Source: Octopus sinensis (lineage: Eukaryota). From it: 64,000 nucleotides of DNA. The first letter of the stretch is position 1. Each line of letters starts with the position of its first letter. The stretch lies in assembly GCF_006345805.1 (NCBI RefSeq), contig NC_042998.1:158782001-158846000 (forward strand). Reading direction: 5' to 3'. Positions 1 through 13,035 of the stretch are shown here, piece after piece. The notes below the pieces were generated by a model, which was not told the origin of the DNA, did not search any database, and saw only the letters and a program-made list of their open reading frames with translations. The position numbers and the translations under genes were made by a program.

Positions 1-350
1 ATCTGGTACTTATTCTATCAATGCTTTTGGTCAAACCGCTAAGTTATATGAATGTAGACAAATCAACCACAGTTGTCAAGCAGTGGTGGGGTCAACTACA
101 ACACGCGCGTGCACACACGCACACACAAACATACATCCATTCACATGAACATGCAAACACACACAAACACGTGCAACCACACACAAACACGTGTATGCTT
201 ATACGACAGGATTCTTCAGCTTTCCACTTACCAAATTCACCCACAAAGTATTGGTCAACCCGAAGCTTTTGTAGAAGACACTTGCCCAGTGTGCTGCGTA
301 GTAGGATTGAACCCGAAATCATGAGGCTACAAAGTGACCTTCTTAACCGT
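1..350 (-). mobile_element. tRNA-derived CORE-type SINE (octopus OR-like family B), partial
   Basis: Reverse complement contains CTGGGCAAGTGTCTTCTAC, a (TG)n middle and the tail motif TAACTTAGCGGTT..GATAGAATAAGTAC shared with about 10 other copies in the window. Confidence 0.75.
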
Positions 351-529
351 ACAAAGAAATAATTAAAAATAAAATCACGTAACTTCCTGCAGGCCCCTGC
401 TCATTTGAAAATATTAAAAGTTATATTAGATGATGTAGATTGAGATAAAATTGAGATGGTCTGCAGCTAGATGCCTTGGACTAAATTATTTTGACCAGGG
501 TGAAGCAATGATATTAAATTAATTTGAAA

Positions 530-745
530 GCAGCGAGCTGGCAGACTCGTTAGTACGCCTGGCAGAAAGCTTAGCGGCATTTCGTCTGTCTTTACCCTCT
601 GAATTCAAATTCCACCGAGGTTGAATTTGCCTTTCACCTTTTCGGGGTTGATAAAGTAAGTACCATTTGAGCATGGCGGTTGATGTAATCGACTATTCCC
701 TTCCCGCCAAAATTGCTTGACCTTGTTCCAAAATTTGAAACCAAT
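530..745 (+). mobile_element. tRNA-derived SINE family A (Nin/Deu-like central domain)
   Basis: GCGAGCTGGCAGA..GAATTCAAATTCC (B-box-like)..GCCTTTCACCTTTTCGGGGTTGATAAA..AAGTACCA; many homologous copies in the window. Confidence 0.75.
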
Positions 746-1634
746 ATTAAACGAATTTTCTTGCGACTACTAGAACGGTTTTAACGATGTTTACGAAAAG
801 AAATGCCTTATATAGCGGGCAGTCTTCTTGTGTGCTTTATGCAATGTTAAGAGTGAGGAGTGGATTAACAAAACCGTTTGTGTGTTCGAACAACGTTTTC
901 TAGTAATATCTAGTTCTGATCGCCAATATCTTATTTATGAAATGTGTGGCTTTGTGCCAAATAACAATATTGGGTCCAAATTTTGGCACCAGGCCAACAA
1001 TTTCCGGGAGGATGTAAGTCGCTTACATCGACCCCAGTGCTCAACCCCGAAAGGATGATAGATAATATTATTTCCTAAAAATACTTCAAAGAACGTGCAA
1101 AGATTTAACGTTAGTGTAGTGTAAGGGAAGTAACTCTTGACTACTTGCTTCGGATTTTCTTCCGTGATTGTGAGCTGTCATGAGTGAGGGAAGCGAACAA
1201 TAAACAGAAACTACTACACAGATATAACATTATTTGATTTTAATTATGTTCTTGCAAACTACCAAATATTTCAGAAATCTGTTTCCACTATCATAGATTA
1301 TTTTATTAGAAAAAATTCCTATTTTATGTCTATAATTATTTAGTGGACACAGCAATGTAAATTAGTTATACATGTTGGTTTCAACTTACGATTGAAAGAT
1401 CAACTATTTCGTTCAATTTTTAAAATTATTTATTTATTTATTTATTTATCAATACTATAGCAAAATAACTATATTTTTACGTATAAAGGGACAAGCAGAA
1501 TGAATCGACGAAGTATATGGCTGGTACTGAGGTTATGAAATCGTAATAACATAACATTATGACTTTATTGTTATATTTCGGAATGGTCATTTTGCCAGTT
1601 TAGCCAATATTATGACTTTAATAATTACAAAATA

Positions 1635-1850
1635 TAAGGCAACGAGCAGGCAGAGTCGTTGGCGCAGTGGAGAACATGCTTAGAGGCATTTCTTCTGGTT
1701 TTATACGTTCTGGATTCAAATTCCACCGAAGTCGACTTTGCCATTCACATTCACCTAACTGGCTCATAAACTAAATACAAAATGAAAACTGAGATAAAAG
1801 TAATCGACTACAAGCAATTGCTGGTCTGGTACTGAAGTTTACAAATATTA
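1635..1850 (+). mobile_element. SINE family A, diverged
   Basis: GGCAACGAGCAGGCAGAGTCGTT..GGATTCAAATTCCACCGAAGTCGACTTTGCC. Confidence 0.65.
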
Positions 1851-2654
1851 TTAATATACAAGCAGTGTAATTAATATACCGGCATTGATTTAAATAACTT
1901 TGTGGATGAACTCATCCACAAAGTTATACCAGTTAATTTGAAAGCAGAATCTAGACAGAGAAACTAAAATACTTTCATGTATTTTACTTTGTTTGCTAAC
2001 ATTTCTATTAATTATCCTGACACTGGTACCGTTCTGGTGGTGCATAGTTTAGTAGTAGGGGATTGCACTTGTGATCGTAAGATTATGGGTTCGATTCCTG
2101 GACCAGGAGTTGCGCTGTGTTCTTATACTTAATTTCAGTCACTCCAGTCCACTCAGCCCACATCAGACGGAGCAAGCCGGCGATGGATGATGGACCTACC
2201 TAATAAACGAACAGAGGGGAACTTCTAGGCTGACAGGCCATAGGCTTACAGGTGCTGGATGTTACGGTTTTCTTTATTTTTCTTTATTTTTTGGCTGATT
2301 CCTTGAACTGGGCACAAGGAGCAGGTAGATTGGAAGGAAGAGGTAGACTGAAAGTACGTTATTTTATCTGCTCCAGATGGCTAAAAAACAAGATGTTTCC
2401 AATGGGATGTGTGTGTATGTGTGTGTGTGCTTGCCCCAGCATTGCCGCGGTCTATTGACTGAAACAAGTAAAAGGTGAACTATAAAAGCTATATACAGAG
2501 TAGGCTAAAAGTTATGCGCCAAAATTAAAACTCAATATACATTGTATAGCACATTTGAAAAATAACACTTTAATTACGAGATATCGAATATTTTGGTACG
2601 TGAGTTTTGGCCCACCCTTTATGTATATATATAGTATATATATATATATTATAT

Positions 2655-2729
<75 letters not shown>

Positions 2730-2769
2730 TATATATATGTATATATATATGTATATATATATGTATATA

Positions 2770-2858
<89 letters not shown>

Positions 2859-2859
2859 A

Positions 2860-3095
2860 TCTTTTATCTTTTGCTTGTTTCAACCATTTCACTACGGCCA
2901 AGCTGGGGCACCGCCTTAAAGGTTTTTCTCGAACAAATCGACCCTAGATCTTTTTTTTTTTTTTTGAAGCCTAGTACTTATTCTATCGGAGTCTTTTGTC
3001 GAACCGCTGATTACTGGAACGTAAACACACTACCATCAGTTGACAAGCGGTGAGGAGAGGGGCAAATACATACGCGCGCGCGTGCATGCACACAC

Positions 3096-3146
<51 letters not shown>

Positions 3147-3322
3147 CATATATACAACAGGCTTCTTTCAGTTTCCGTGTACCAAATCCACTCACAAGGC
3201 TTTGATCGGCTCGAGGCTATAGTACATATAAGACACTTGCCCAAGGTGTCACGTATTGGGACTGAATTTGGAACCATGTAGTTGAGAAGCAAGCCTCTTA
3301 CCACGCAGCCACGCCTACGCCT
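2860..3322 (-). mobile_element. SINE family B, full length
   Basis: Head GGCGTAGGCGTGGCTGCGTGGTAAG, CORE-like ACCTTGGGCAAGTGTCTT, (TG)n middle, tail ending GAAACAAGCAAAAGA. Confidence 0.8.
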
Positions 3323-4074
3323 ATATATAAATATTTGTTTGTTTGTATGTATTCAGTCTTATTGAAGACGAAGTTTAAATTGTAATGCTTGTCGTGTGTC
3401 TATCATGTGTCGAGATTTGAAACTGATTAGTCATAATATAAGCAAATAAGGCAATCCACTCAAGTACTTTATTGTTATTTAATTTCGTCACCCACCAGTG
3501 GAAAGTTACTGTGGATTTTAACTAGATTCTTTTGGGTATTTTGCTTCCTCCTGTACCGATTCTACCATACAAACGACCTTAACGGAAGCTGTCGTTTGGA
3601 ACAGGAATATTAACAAGGGAGACAATTCATTTTCGTTTTTAGGAGTTTTTTCCCTTGATGACGTTTTTGCCTTGATGATGTTTCCGTTTTCGCACTCCGT
3701 TTTTTGATGCGCATTTTTCTCTGGATTCTGCAGAATACACAAAAGGGGACACTTCAATGTATTTCTGCTTTAATGGCCGATGTATTCCTAGATACACTAC
3801 GTTGGGGGAAAAAACAAGATAGTCGTGAGTGAAGCACGTTTGATCTACTTAGTCAAGGCCAATATAGAAATAAACAACAACTATATGAGCAACGATAACA
3901 CTAGCATCAACACTACTAATGGTGTTCCCCTTGTAGCTCTTGGGAAATTAAGAAGGGCCCGTGTGTTTGAAAGGCTGATAGAAGTTGAACCTCTTTGACG
4001 ACACCATGTAAAGGGAAGGGTGAGCGAAGAGAGAAATTCTATCATTAAGTAAATACACACGAATTTCTTTTGCG

Positions 4075-4512
4075 ACTGCTGTTGTTGTTGTTGCTGTTGT
4101 TGTTGTTGTTGATGATGATGATGATATTGTTGTTGTGTTTGATGTTGTTTTTTATGTTGTTGTTGATGATGATGTTGTTGTTGTTGTTGATGTTGTTTTT
4201 GATGGTGTTGTTGTTGTTGTTGACGATGTTGTGGTTGTTGTTGTTGATGTTGTTGCTGTTGTTGCTGTTGCTGTTGTTTTTGATGTTGTGGTTGTTGTTG
4301 ATGATATTGTTGTTGTTGTTGTTGATGTTGTCGCTGTTGTGGTTGTGGTTGTTGTTGTTGTTGTTGTTGTTGTTGATGTTGTGGTTGTTGTTGTTGATGT
4401 TGTTGATGATGATGATGATATTGTTGTTGTGTTTGATGTTGTTGTTGTTGTTGTTGTTGTTGTTGATGTTGTGGTTGTTGTTGTTGTCGTTGTTGTTGAT
4501 GTTGTTGTTGTT
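4075..4512. repeat. compound (GTT/GAT)n microsatellite
   Basis: Directly visible; source of the poly-L and poly-V ORFs. Confidence 0.95.
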
Positions 4513-4859
4513 ATGGCGGTGTTTGTGCTGGTGCCGGCGACGGCCGGTAGTGGTGCTGCGCTTTGAATATTTTTAAACGACCTCCTGCCGTTTTATACAG
4601 CATTTTGGTCCATGATTTTCCAGCCTCCTTATATATACATACTTTTAAGTCTATGTCCGGAAAACTTTTAATATGTTGCGGTATTATGTATTGCTGAAGG
4701 TCCTGCAAGCTCTATTCATTTCAATTTCATTTCACTTCCTCTTATAGTATTTAATTTCGTTCTTCAACGATATCTTATTTTTTCACATTAGCTAGAATTT
4801 TACATTACTGTCAACCATCCTGTTTCTTTCCTTGGGCTATTTCATTTCGTATATCTCAT

Positions 4860-5230
4860 TAGGAGCAGGCATGGCTATGTGGTAAGAAGCTTGCGCGTCA
4901 CCTTGGGCAAGTGTCTTCTGCTATTGCCTCGGGCTGACCAAAGCCACATGAGTGGGTTTGTTACAGGGAAACTAAAAAAAGCCCGTCGTGTGTGTGTGTG
5001 TGTGTGTCTGTATGTCTATCTGCTTGTCTATGTATGTGTTTGTCACTCACCACCGCTTGACAACTGGTGTTCGATTGTTTGTGTCCTGTAACTTAGCGGT
5101 TTGGAAAGAGATACGATTGAATAAGTTCCGTTCAGATTAAAAAAGAGAAAAGAAAAAAGAAATTACTGGCGTCTTCAAGGCGGTGCCCCAGCATCGCTGC
5201 AGTAGAATGATTTAAACGGATGAAAAAATA
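4860..5230 (+). mobile_element. SINE family B, internally deleted
   Basis: GGCATGGCTATGTGGTAAGAAGC..CACCTTGGGCAAGTGTCTTCT..(TG)n..GGCGGTGCCCCAGCAT. Confidence 0.75.
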
Positions 5231-5619
5231 AGTAATAATCTGTACTTCATCTCTGTTTTTATTTTTATATAGAATATTTTCGATTATTTCCCTCCTTTTA
5301 TCTTGCTTTACATCGCATTGCTTTTTTCTTGTTTGCATATAACTTTCTTGCTTGACAATACGTGCGTGTCTATGGGCACATGAAGTGTGCATGTGTGTAT
5401 GTTTTAATGTGTACATTCGTATATGTGAATATGAGTGCATATCTGTATGTAGGTTTGTGCGTGTGTATATATGTTTATATATATATAGTGTGTGTATGTA
5501 TATGCGTGTGTGTATGTGTGTGCGTGTACGTGTGATTGTGATTTCGCGTACTTATAAGGTAAGGGTGTAAGGGAAGTAATCTAGGAAAATACAAGTAAAC
5601 TAATAGCCTTTCTACAATA

Positions 5620-5935
5620 GGCATATGGCGTAGTGGTTAAAAGTGCGGGCTACTAACCCCAAGATTCCGAGTTCGATTCCCAGCAGTGACCTGAAAAATA
5701 ATAATAATAATATTAATAATAATAATAATAATAATAATAACAACAACAACATCGAAAAATATCTTAGGAATGAGAACACAGGTTCGAAAATTTCCCAAGA
5801 CACCTGATGAAGGCTGGCGGGTATATCAGCCGAAATGTTGTGTTAACAACAAACAAGATGAGGACAAATATCCGTCAAATGTAAATAATGTAAATAATGT
5901 ACATAATTCCTTATCTCTTAAATATAGAACTGTAT
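5620..5935 (+). mobile_element. SINE-like element: tRNA-like head + (AAT)n + hammerhead-bearing tail
   Basis: A-box TGGCGTAGTGG, B-box GAGTTCGATTCC, (AAT)n spacer, tail closely homologous to 31175-31365 (minus strand). Confidence 0.75.
5799..5844 (+). ncRNA. minimal type I hammerhead ribozyme motif
   Basis: GACAC-CTGATGA-A-GGCTG..CAGCC-GAAA-T-GTT-GTGTT: stem I GACAC/GTGTT, stem II GGCTG/CAGCC; the second copy has the palindromic AACGTT stem III. Confidence 0.7.
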
Positions 5936-6204
5936 TAAAAATTCTCCACCTACATTGGTTCTATCGGTAATAATACATGTTGGATTATACCACAAAACCT
6001 TTCTAGATCTAGTTCTATGGGTCCTATAATGGTTACCTACATTGCCAATATAGGGGATCTTCTCTGAGAACCAGTTATTACGCAGTACAACATTGTAATA
6101 CGGGGAGACAGCATGAAAAACTGCCTCGTCCGATGACAATGAGGGAAGGCGCTTTCCTATATTACTTACCATATTTTTGAACTGTAAGACTATATTGTAT
6201 TATT

Positions 6205-6415
6205 ATACTGAACTGGCAGAATCGTTAGCACGCCGGGAGAAATGCTTAGCAGTAGTTCGTCCGTCTTCACGTTCTAATTTCAAATTCCTCCGAGGTCGAC
6301 TTTGCGTTTTATGCTTTCGAAGTCGATAAAATAATTAACAGCTGACCACTGGGATCGATGTACTCAACTACCCCCCTCCAACATTTCAGGTCATGTGCCT
6401 ATAGTAGAATGGATT
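6205..6415 (+). mobile_element. SINE family A
   Basis: CTGGCAGAATCGTTAGCACGCCGGG..CCGAGGTCGACTTTGC..GTCGATAAA. Confidence 0.75.
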
Positions 6416-6584
6416 ATTATTATATCATATATACTCACATATTCAGTATTATCACAACTCTCTGACAAACGGTCATGTAAAACAGTTTGTGAAGATTTCT
6501 TTCGGTTTTAATAAATAGTATATTACTCTACCTTTGGTATTCGAGTACTACTTTTTCTATCTTGTTTAGCATCTATGTACTTAC

Positions 6585-6652
<68 letters not shown>

Positions 6653-6659
6653 TATGTGT

Positions 6660-6880
6660 GTGTGCGCGCGTGCGTGTATCTTTATGTCTGTGTTTGACCC
6701 CATCACCACTTGACGACCAGTATTAGTATGCTTACGTCCCTCAGCGTTTCGGCAAAAGAGTCAGCATAAGAATCAGGCTTTAAAAGATAAATATTTGGAT
6801 TGATTCGTTTGACTACATTTCCTCAAGGTAGTGCCCCAGTATGGCTGCAGTCTAATGACTGGAACAAGTATATAGATGAA
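6660..6880 (+). mobile_element. SINE family B 3' half
   Basis: CACCACTTGACGACC..GTGCCCCAGTATGGCTGCAGTCTAATGACTGGAACAAGTA. Confidence 0.65.
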
Positions 6881-8321
6881 AGATAGAAGAAAGATGTGTG
6901 TACACATCCATTAGTTTCTCATTTTCTTCTAATTTGCTTCTACTTTTCTGTATTTTACTTCCTTATTTTGCCTGGAACTAATTTCTACCTACTGTAATAA
7001 CTACTAATTCAATTACATTCAATATTTTTTCGACACCCTTATATTCACCATAACTTACATCAAGGCATAGATTGTGTTATGGTGTACAACAATCCACTAG
7101 AGTTTTCGTATTAAATTTACAATTAAGAATTTGCTATTAACTTAAATGTCCTCTCATAGCAAACTCATAATGATATAAAATTTAAGTTTCTATATTATTT
7201 TGCTCTTTATTTATTTAAATTGAAGTTTTGTTCAAACAAAAGCTCGTAATTGTTGAAGAGAAAATATCACGTGAACTGGCCTCCGACGAGAAAACACAGG
7301 CATGGCCCATATTTGTTTTAAAGTCGTTTGTAAGAGAGACGTGCATTCTCTTCACAAGAACGTTGAAACGTGGGAGGACGTTAATGATGATCACACCCGC
7401 TGGAAACCAGAACCAGACATGGGTTGAAAATGATGAGGGGAGATTCTGAAGTTTAGTGATGAAGAAAAACAAAATCGACAGAAAAACAGCGACAGGACAA
7501 AACAGGCAGACAGCGCTTTCAGGCAGTCGCTACAACCAGGATGTCAATCACGTGTTGGTCTCTATAGAAACATCGGTCGATGCTCTACCAATGAGACAGA
7601 AGCAAGATTTTCTAGGCGCAGATCTATGATGTCGTGAGATGAAACGATTCCTTCAGTAACTCTATTACACACGCATACGCATTCATGCATACATACATGC
7701 ATATATACATACGCACATACATACATAATACATACATACATACATACATACATACATACATCATACATACATATATATATATATATATATACATGCATAT
7801 AGACATTCACACACACCTACATGCATACATGCATGCATACATATACACATACATATATGCAGGCAGGCAGACAGACATGCAAACATACGCAATGAAGTAA
7901 TTAATGAGATTTAGTTTACATTGAGATTGTGCATGTGAAATCCCAGACTAGCGACAACACATCTCAACGAATCTTATTCGTTACCATGGTGGAAGTAATG
8001 AAGTAATGTCACTAAACTCTCAAGTGTGTGTGTGTATGTGATTGTTTGTGCATGCGTGTGTATGTGCACCCGTGCGCGAGTCTGTGTGAGTGTTTATGCT
8101 TGTGTGTACACATCGTACACACAAACACATACATAATATAGACATATATATATGCATATATGCATACATTCATACATGCATTCATACATTTATACATACA
8201 CACAAGTGCAACGATATAAACACACACACACACACATACATTCATATAATGAAAATAGTGGTGTGAGAGCATGAGCATATCTGCTTGCGTTCAGATTAGT
8301 TTGTGTGTGTGTGTGGTGTGT

Positions 8322-8365
<44 letters not shown>

Positions 8366-8499
8366 CGTGTGTGTTTGTGTGTTTTATTATTGAATATATC
8401 TGTATTCCTGTTTCGTCGTAGTCATCTGGTCAGGTTAAGTAGTTACTTATTTATGGGATGGTGTTATTCCCTCTACTATTTTATGCTGGTCATTATGAA

Positions 8500-10660
8500 C
8501 CTTAACGACACGATGAAGACTAGCTCTACTCCATCAAACGAACCAATCAACGAGAAACTGCTGGAAGAGATAGTAAGACTTGTTAGATACCGACTTCCAT
8601 GACTTCTCCTGACAAGACATGACCAACAAACATGGAGACATAAGATAACGAAAATTTTCCTCCGAGTACCTCGAATCAGAGCTCAAGGATTTGGGTTCCT
8701 TCAGATCCCAACTGCAAAGATGTAATAAGACCTTGTCCTCCTTGAACGAAACAAAGAACATTTATGAGATAAATCCTGACTTTTACTGTCAGGTTCTCAA
8801 TAGCAACATTACTCAAATTTACTCTAAAACATATTCCCAGGTACACAGCAGTTGGAACATTAACTCTAAATGCATATGTTCAAGCTTACACATATATGTT
8901 CAAGTCGGATAGAAACACTCACCAAATTTATAGCTGTTATCACCATTAAGAACCATAAAAATAACTTTATATGCAAACTTTTATCTAGGTTAATATATCA
9001 CAAATTATATAGATGAGTTTCATCAATATGAAAATATTAGGTATCAACATTACAATTTTAAAAAAGCAGCATTACTAAATGGAATAACACCTGCGAGGCT
9101 ATCCCTAGAGTCAAACATATGAGATGAGAACAACAGTAGACTCTCCCAGTTCGATACTGTCGATGTTCAACTTTTCATATCCAAAAATTTGTTCACTAAA
9201 ACACTTGATTTTGTTAAGCTACACGCTCTGATAAGCATCAAAGACATAATGATCATAATTCATGCTAGGAAGATCCTGGTAATGGAGGTCTCAACCGAGG
9301 TAAAACCAATAACGGAGGGCAGACCCAGTGTTTGGTGTAATCCTGGGTTCGTTCTATGGCACAGACAACTGAAACCTTTTTTTAGACTTCTTATGTCAGA
9401 TATTTTTGAAAGAAGGTTACCCTCCACTATTCACTTTCAACCATGCTAGATGGCTTTAAAATAAACATTATAGATACTTTCATTTCCGTCAATATAAAAA
9501 ATATTATAGAGACTAACCTGAGAGTAGTTAATTTTCTGGGTGTCACTCTGGACATTACTGGTTCCATTAAGCCTTTTAGGAATCAAAATGAGAAATTTAC
9601 ATGCATTAACATAGTTTCCTGTCACCCTCTCTAGTATTTAAGAAACTCTGGAAAGATGTGAGCAGACAAATCTCTAGCCTATCATCGTACAATCACGGCC
9701 AGTGTGCCGCCAAAAGAACTAGGTACAATTTGGTAATTTGGTTTGTATGCCACTTCTCACTCAACGGTAAACCTAATACAAGCAACATCTTTAATTTAAA
9801 GTAGCCATCCCCAACAAAGACATACATTCACAAGATTTTTCAATAAACACACAGTTAAGACCACCAACAGCTGCACCCCTTTCTGAAATAAATAATATGA
9901 AACAAATCCAGCCCTACTGTTGGGCTGGTTGTTCATGCTTGAATCTTACAGCGCATCCGCATTGAGCCAATCCTTTATGAGGCGTAACTGAAAACTACTG
10001 ATGAGAACTATGACCAAAGGATGCCTCATTCAGAAACACCGGAAAACGGAATAGGACAAAGATTAGAATGTACATCGGGCAATGAAAAGAAGATATCTAG
10101 GCTTTGACATGAGCTGGAGAATAGCAAAAATTCCAGACCTTACATGAATGGTACCAAGAAATGCAAATTTTGCCTAGTAGAAAAGAGCATAATTCATAGA
10201 AATTTGCAGAAACCAACCTTACATCTCTAAGTCAAGTAAGAGATTTTTCCATCTACATATACAAGAGAAAATTATACTCTGGTAATGGATTTACTATAGG
10301 CTCCACCTTTACCTTAATATACTCTTTGCTTTTTACAGATCTTTATATAATATATTTTCTCCAAGTGTGTTTTCCTAAATCCATCTGGATTTTTTTATTT
10401 CCGTTCTTTTCTCTGGAACTTCTGTCTTCATATATTCATTTTCCTACCCTTTCCTATTTCTTTCTCATCCCGTTCACTCTCTCCATCCTTTTAATATATA
10501 TTTAGTATATGCGTGAGTCAGTGTATACAGATGCGTTTGTTTGAGTGTATATTTATGGGTCGTACATACAAACACATAGTAACAATCAGTAACTAAAAAA
10601 ACTGATGAGAGCAGTAAGTCCGCAATGAAACAAATGTATCCGTTCTTTCAATAAAAAATA
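8500..10660 (+). mobile_element. decayed Penelope-like element (RT + GIY-YIG remnants)
   Basis: RT motif VVNFLGVTLD..IKPFRNQN..INIVSCHP (9520-9630); GIY-YIG remnants YIG..WRI..PYMNGTKKCKFCLVEK (about 10070-10190); many stops; 5' boundary uncertain. Confidence 0.7.
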
Positions 10661-10946
10661 TACTTATTTTTACGTGCAGTAAATTCTCTGCGCGCTTCTT
10701 CTGAAGGTGTGAGAAATAACTTCAGAGAAGCTATTACGGTTGTTTTGAAAATTTTCAAGGATGGACTTGGCCAGGTTAAGACGATTCAAACCCTTGCTTC
10801 GATTCGAAGCCAGTAATAGTTGTTCTTCTATCCGAGAATTGTAACAAATCTGTGAATGTAAAAACACATACATATACATGCATGCCGTGTGTGTGTGTGT
10901 GTGTGTGTGTGCGTGCGTGTGTCTGTGTGTCTGTGTGTCTGTGTGC

Positions 10947-11019
<73 letters not shown>

Positions 11020-12897
11020 ATTTTTAACATAGTGGTTGGAAAACAATCCACGAGCTTTTTTCGAGGTTAATTTTTCAGCAGTCAACATCCGATCAGTATT
11101 AATATATATCTGGATGGTTACAATAGGTTCGACCTGAAAATTATGGAACAAATTAACAAAGTAAATGTAAGAAGTTTCCCAAACCGCAAAATATATGACG
11201 GAAATGGATGAAATAATCGACAGTAATTACCTAGGGCGGCAGTTTCGGTGACATTTCTCAACGGCAAAGCTTTTTCAGCAGGCTTCATAGAATTCCACAA
11301 ATTACAGAACAGATTGTCGCAGACGTCGATTTGAAAAGTGTACAGCTAACTATGTTAAAAAGCAACCAGGTATAAAGTCCCGTAAACCTTCATCACGTCT
11401 CTAAGGATTGGAAAGTACTCGAACATACATGCGCGCACGTATGTTGACTATCAGTCCATCTAAACTATCACTCTGCGCTATGAGTTCATGTCCTACCAAG
11501 GTTAGCTATGCCTTTTATTCTTTCAGGGTCGATGGTTATTCAAATGGTGAACCAACATGGTGGACCAGCAGAATTGTGCGTGCGTCGGACATGATTCTTT
11601 GAGGTATATGTTTCTGCTCTTTACATTCTAACTGCAAAACCTTTGGCGATACTGATATTAAGCAGTGCTGGCCCAGCTTTTTAACAAGACAGCATAGATG
11701 ACAAAGAAAGATGTCATCTGTTCCATAGTCAACAGCTAGTTTTTCACAGGTTAATAAGACATGCGCTATGAAGAGGGACTTGCCAGTTACATATACACGA
11801 GCAAACCCAATTAACGGATCCTTTTGCATACATCTCCAAAAGAGAAGGATATATTACACAATACAGTCCCTCATATACAAAAAGGTGTATAATCTCGAAT
11901 GGAATGCTTTTTTCATAGATCTACTGAAGAACAGCTGATCGGGGGGTTAAACATCTATTTATACACCCAACTAAAGAGACATTTTCTATGTCAGTGATTC
12001 GCAATGAGTCACAACGTTTTTTTCCCGTCTTTGTCATTTACTGCCTCGGCTTCATGTATTTCACCATTATTTATTCCTTTATTCTCATGCCAAAATATTC
12101 ATTGAATAATCTCTGTAAATCGAAGCCATACTAAGCCAAAACGTTAACTTTAAGATAACGTGAATTAGTAAATGTATGCATGTATGCGTGTTGGTGCATA
12201 TACCTTGCCATTGAATACCTTTCCTTGCAAAGATGTTTAAAGCAGAGAACATGAGAAATGTCTGGTTTTAATATTGATCCTGTTCATGTCATTGAATGTC
12301 AGAAGAAAGATATTTATCTTCGCAATAGACGTGGTTGACTGACAGAATAACGGTAGATTTTTATATGCTTATCGCTACAACCCTGTTATGTTCTTGAAAT
12401 AAAGTTGCACTAAAAGCAAGACATACAAACTGATAGAAGTTAAGAGCAAGAACATGAGAACGATAGAAAGGTAGAAAGAGTGAATGGATAAGAGAGTGAG
12501 GGGGGAGAGGGAGAAAGAGCGAGTAAGAGACAGAAAGAGAGAGAGAGAGAATTATATAATAAAGTGTTTCGTTTTGTTTTGAACTTTCCATTCTGTCCCC
12601 TGCGCGTGGTGTATTTTCATTGTTAGCAGGCCAGAATAGGTAGGACTGAACCCTTAAATGACACCTTTGCAGTCCCTACCTGACTTTTAAAATTGTATGC
12701 GTTGATGTCCATCCTAAACACCTTCAGAATTGATTGGGGTCCCTTATGAATATTTGCAGCAAAGTGAATTCCAGTTAAGGCACGGTGAACAAATAGTGTT
12801 GTTGCATTCAGTTGCGTGTTAGGACTATCGTGTAAAGTTAAAGTTACTCTTGAATCAGATGTTGTGAATGTTGTTGCTGCTGTTGCTACTGCTGTTG

Positions 12898-13035
<138 letters not shown>

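Noticed and set aside
4070-4576. 168-aa poly-Leu and 143-aa poly-Val ORFs resembling membrane proteins
   Set aside because: They are translations of a GTT/GAT microsatellite. The same applies to the many YI, CV, HT, LSIY and poly-H/S ORFs across the window.
5620-5692. Possible genuine tRNA gene (also 33374-33445)
   Set aside because: No convincing acceptor stem or T-run terminator, the copies differ in the anticodon region, and it is fused to a repeated tail; treated as a SINE head.
7215-7640. Non-repetitive island with overlapping 73-85 aa ORFs on both strands
   Set aside because: No recognisable protein motif or clear splice-site pair. It may be conserved non-coding DNA, but that cannot be supported from sequence alone.
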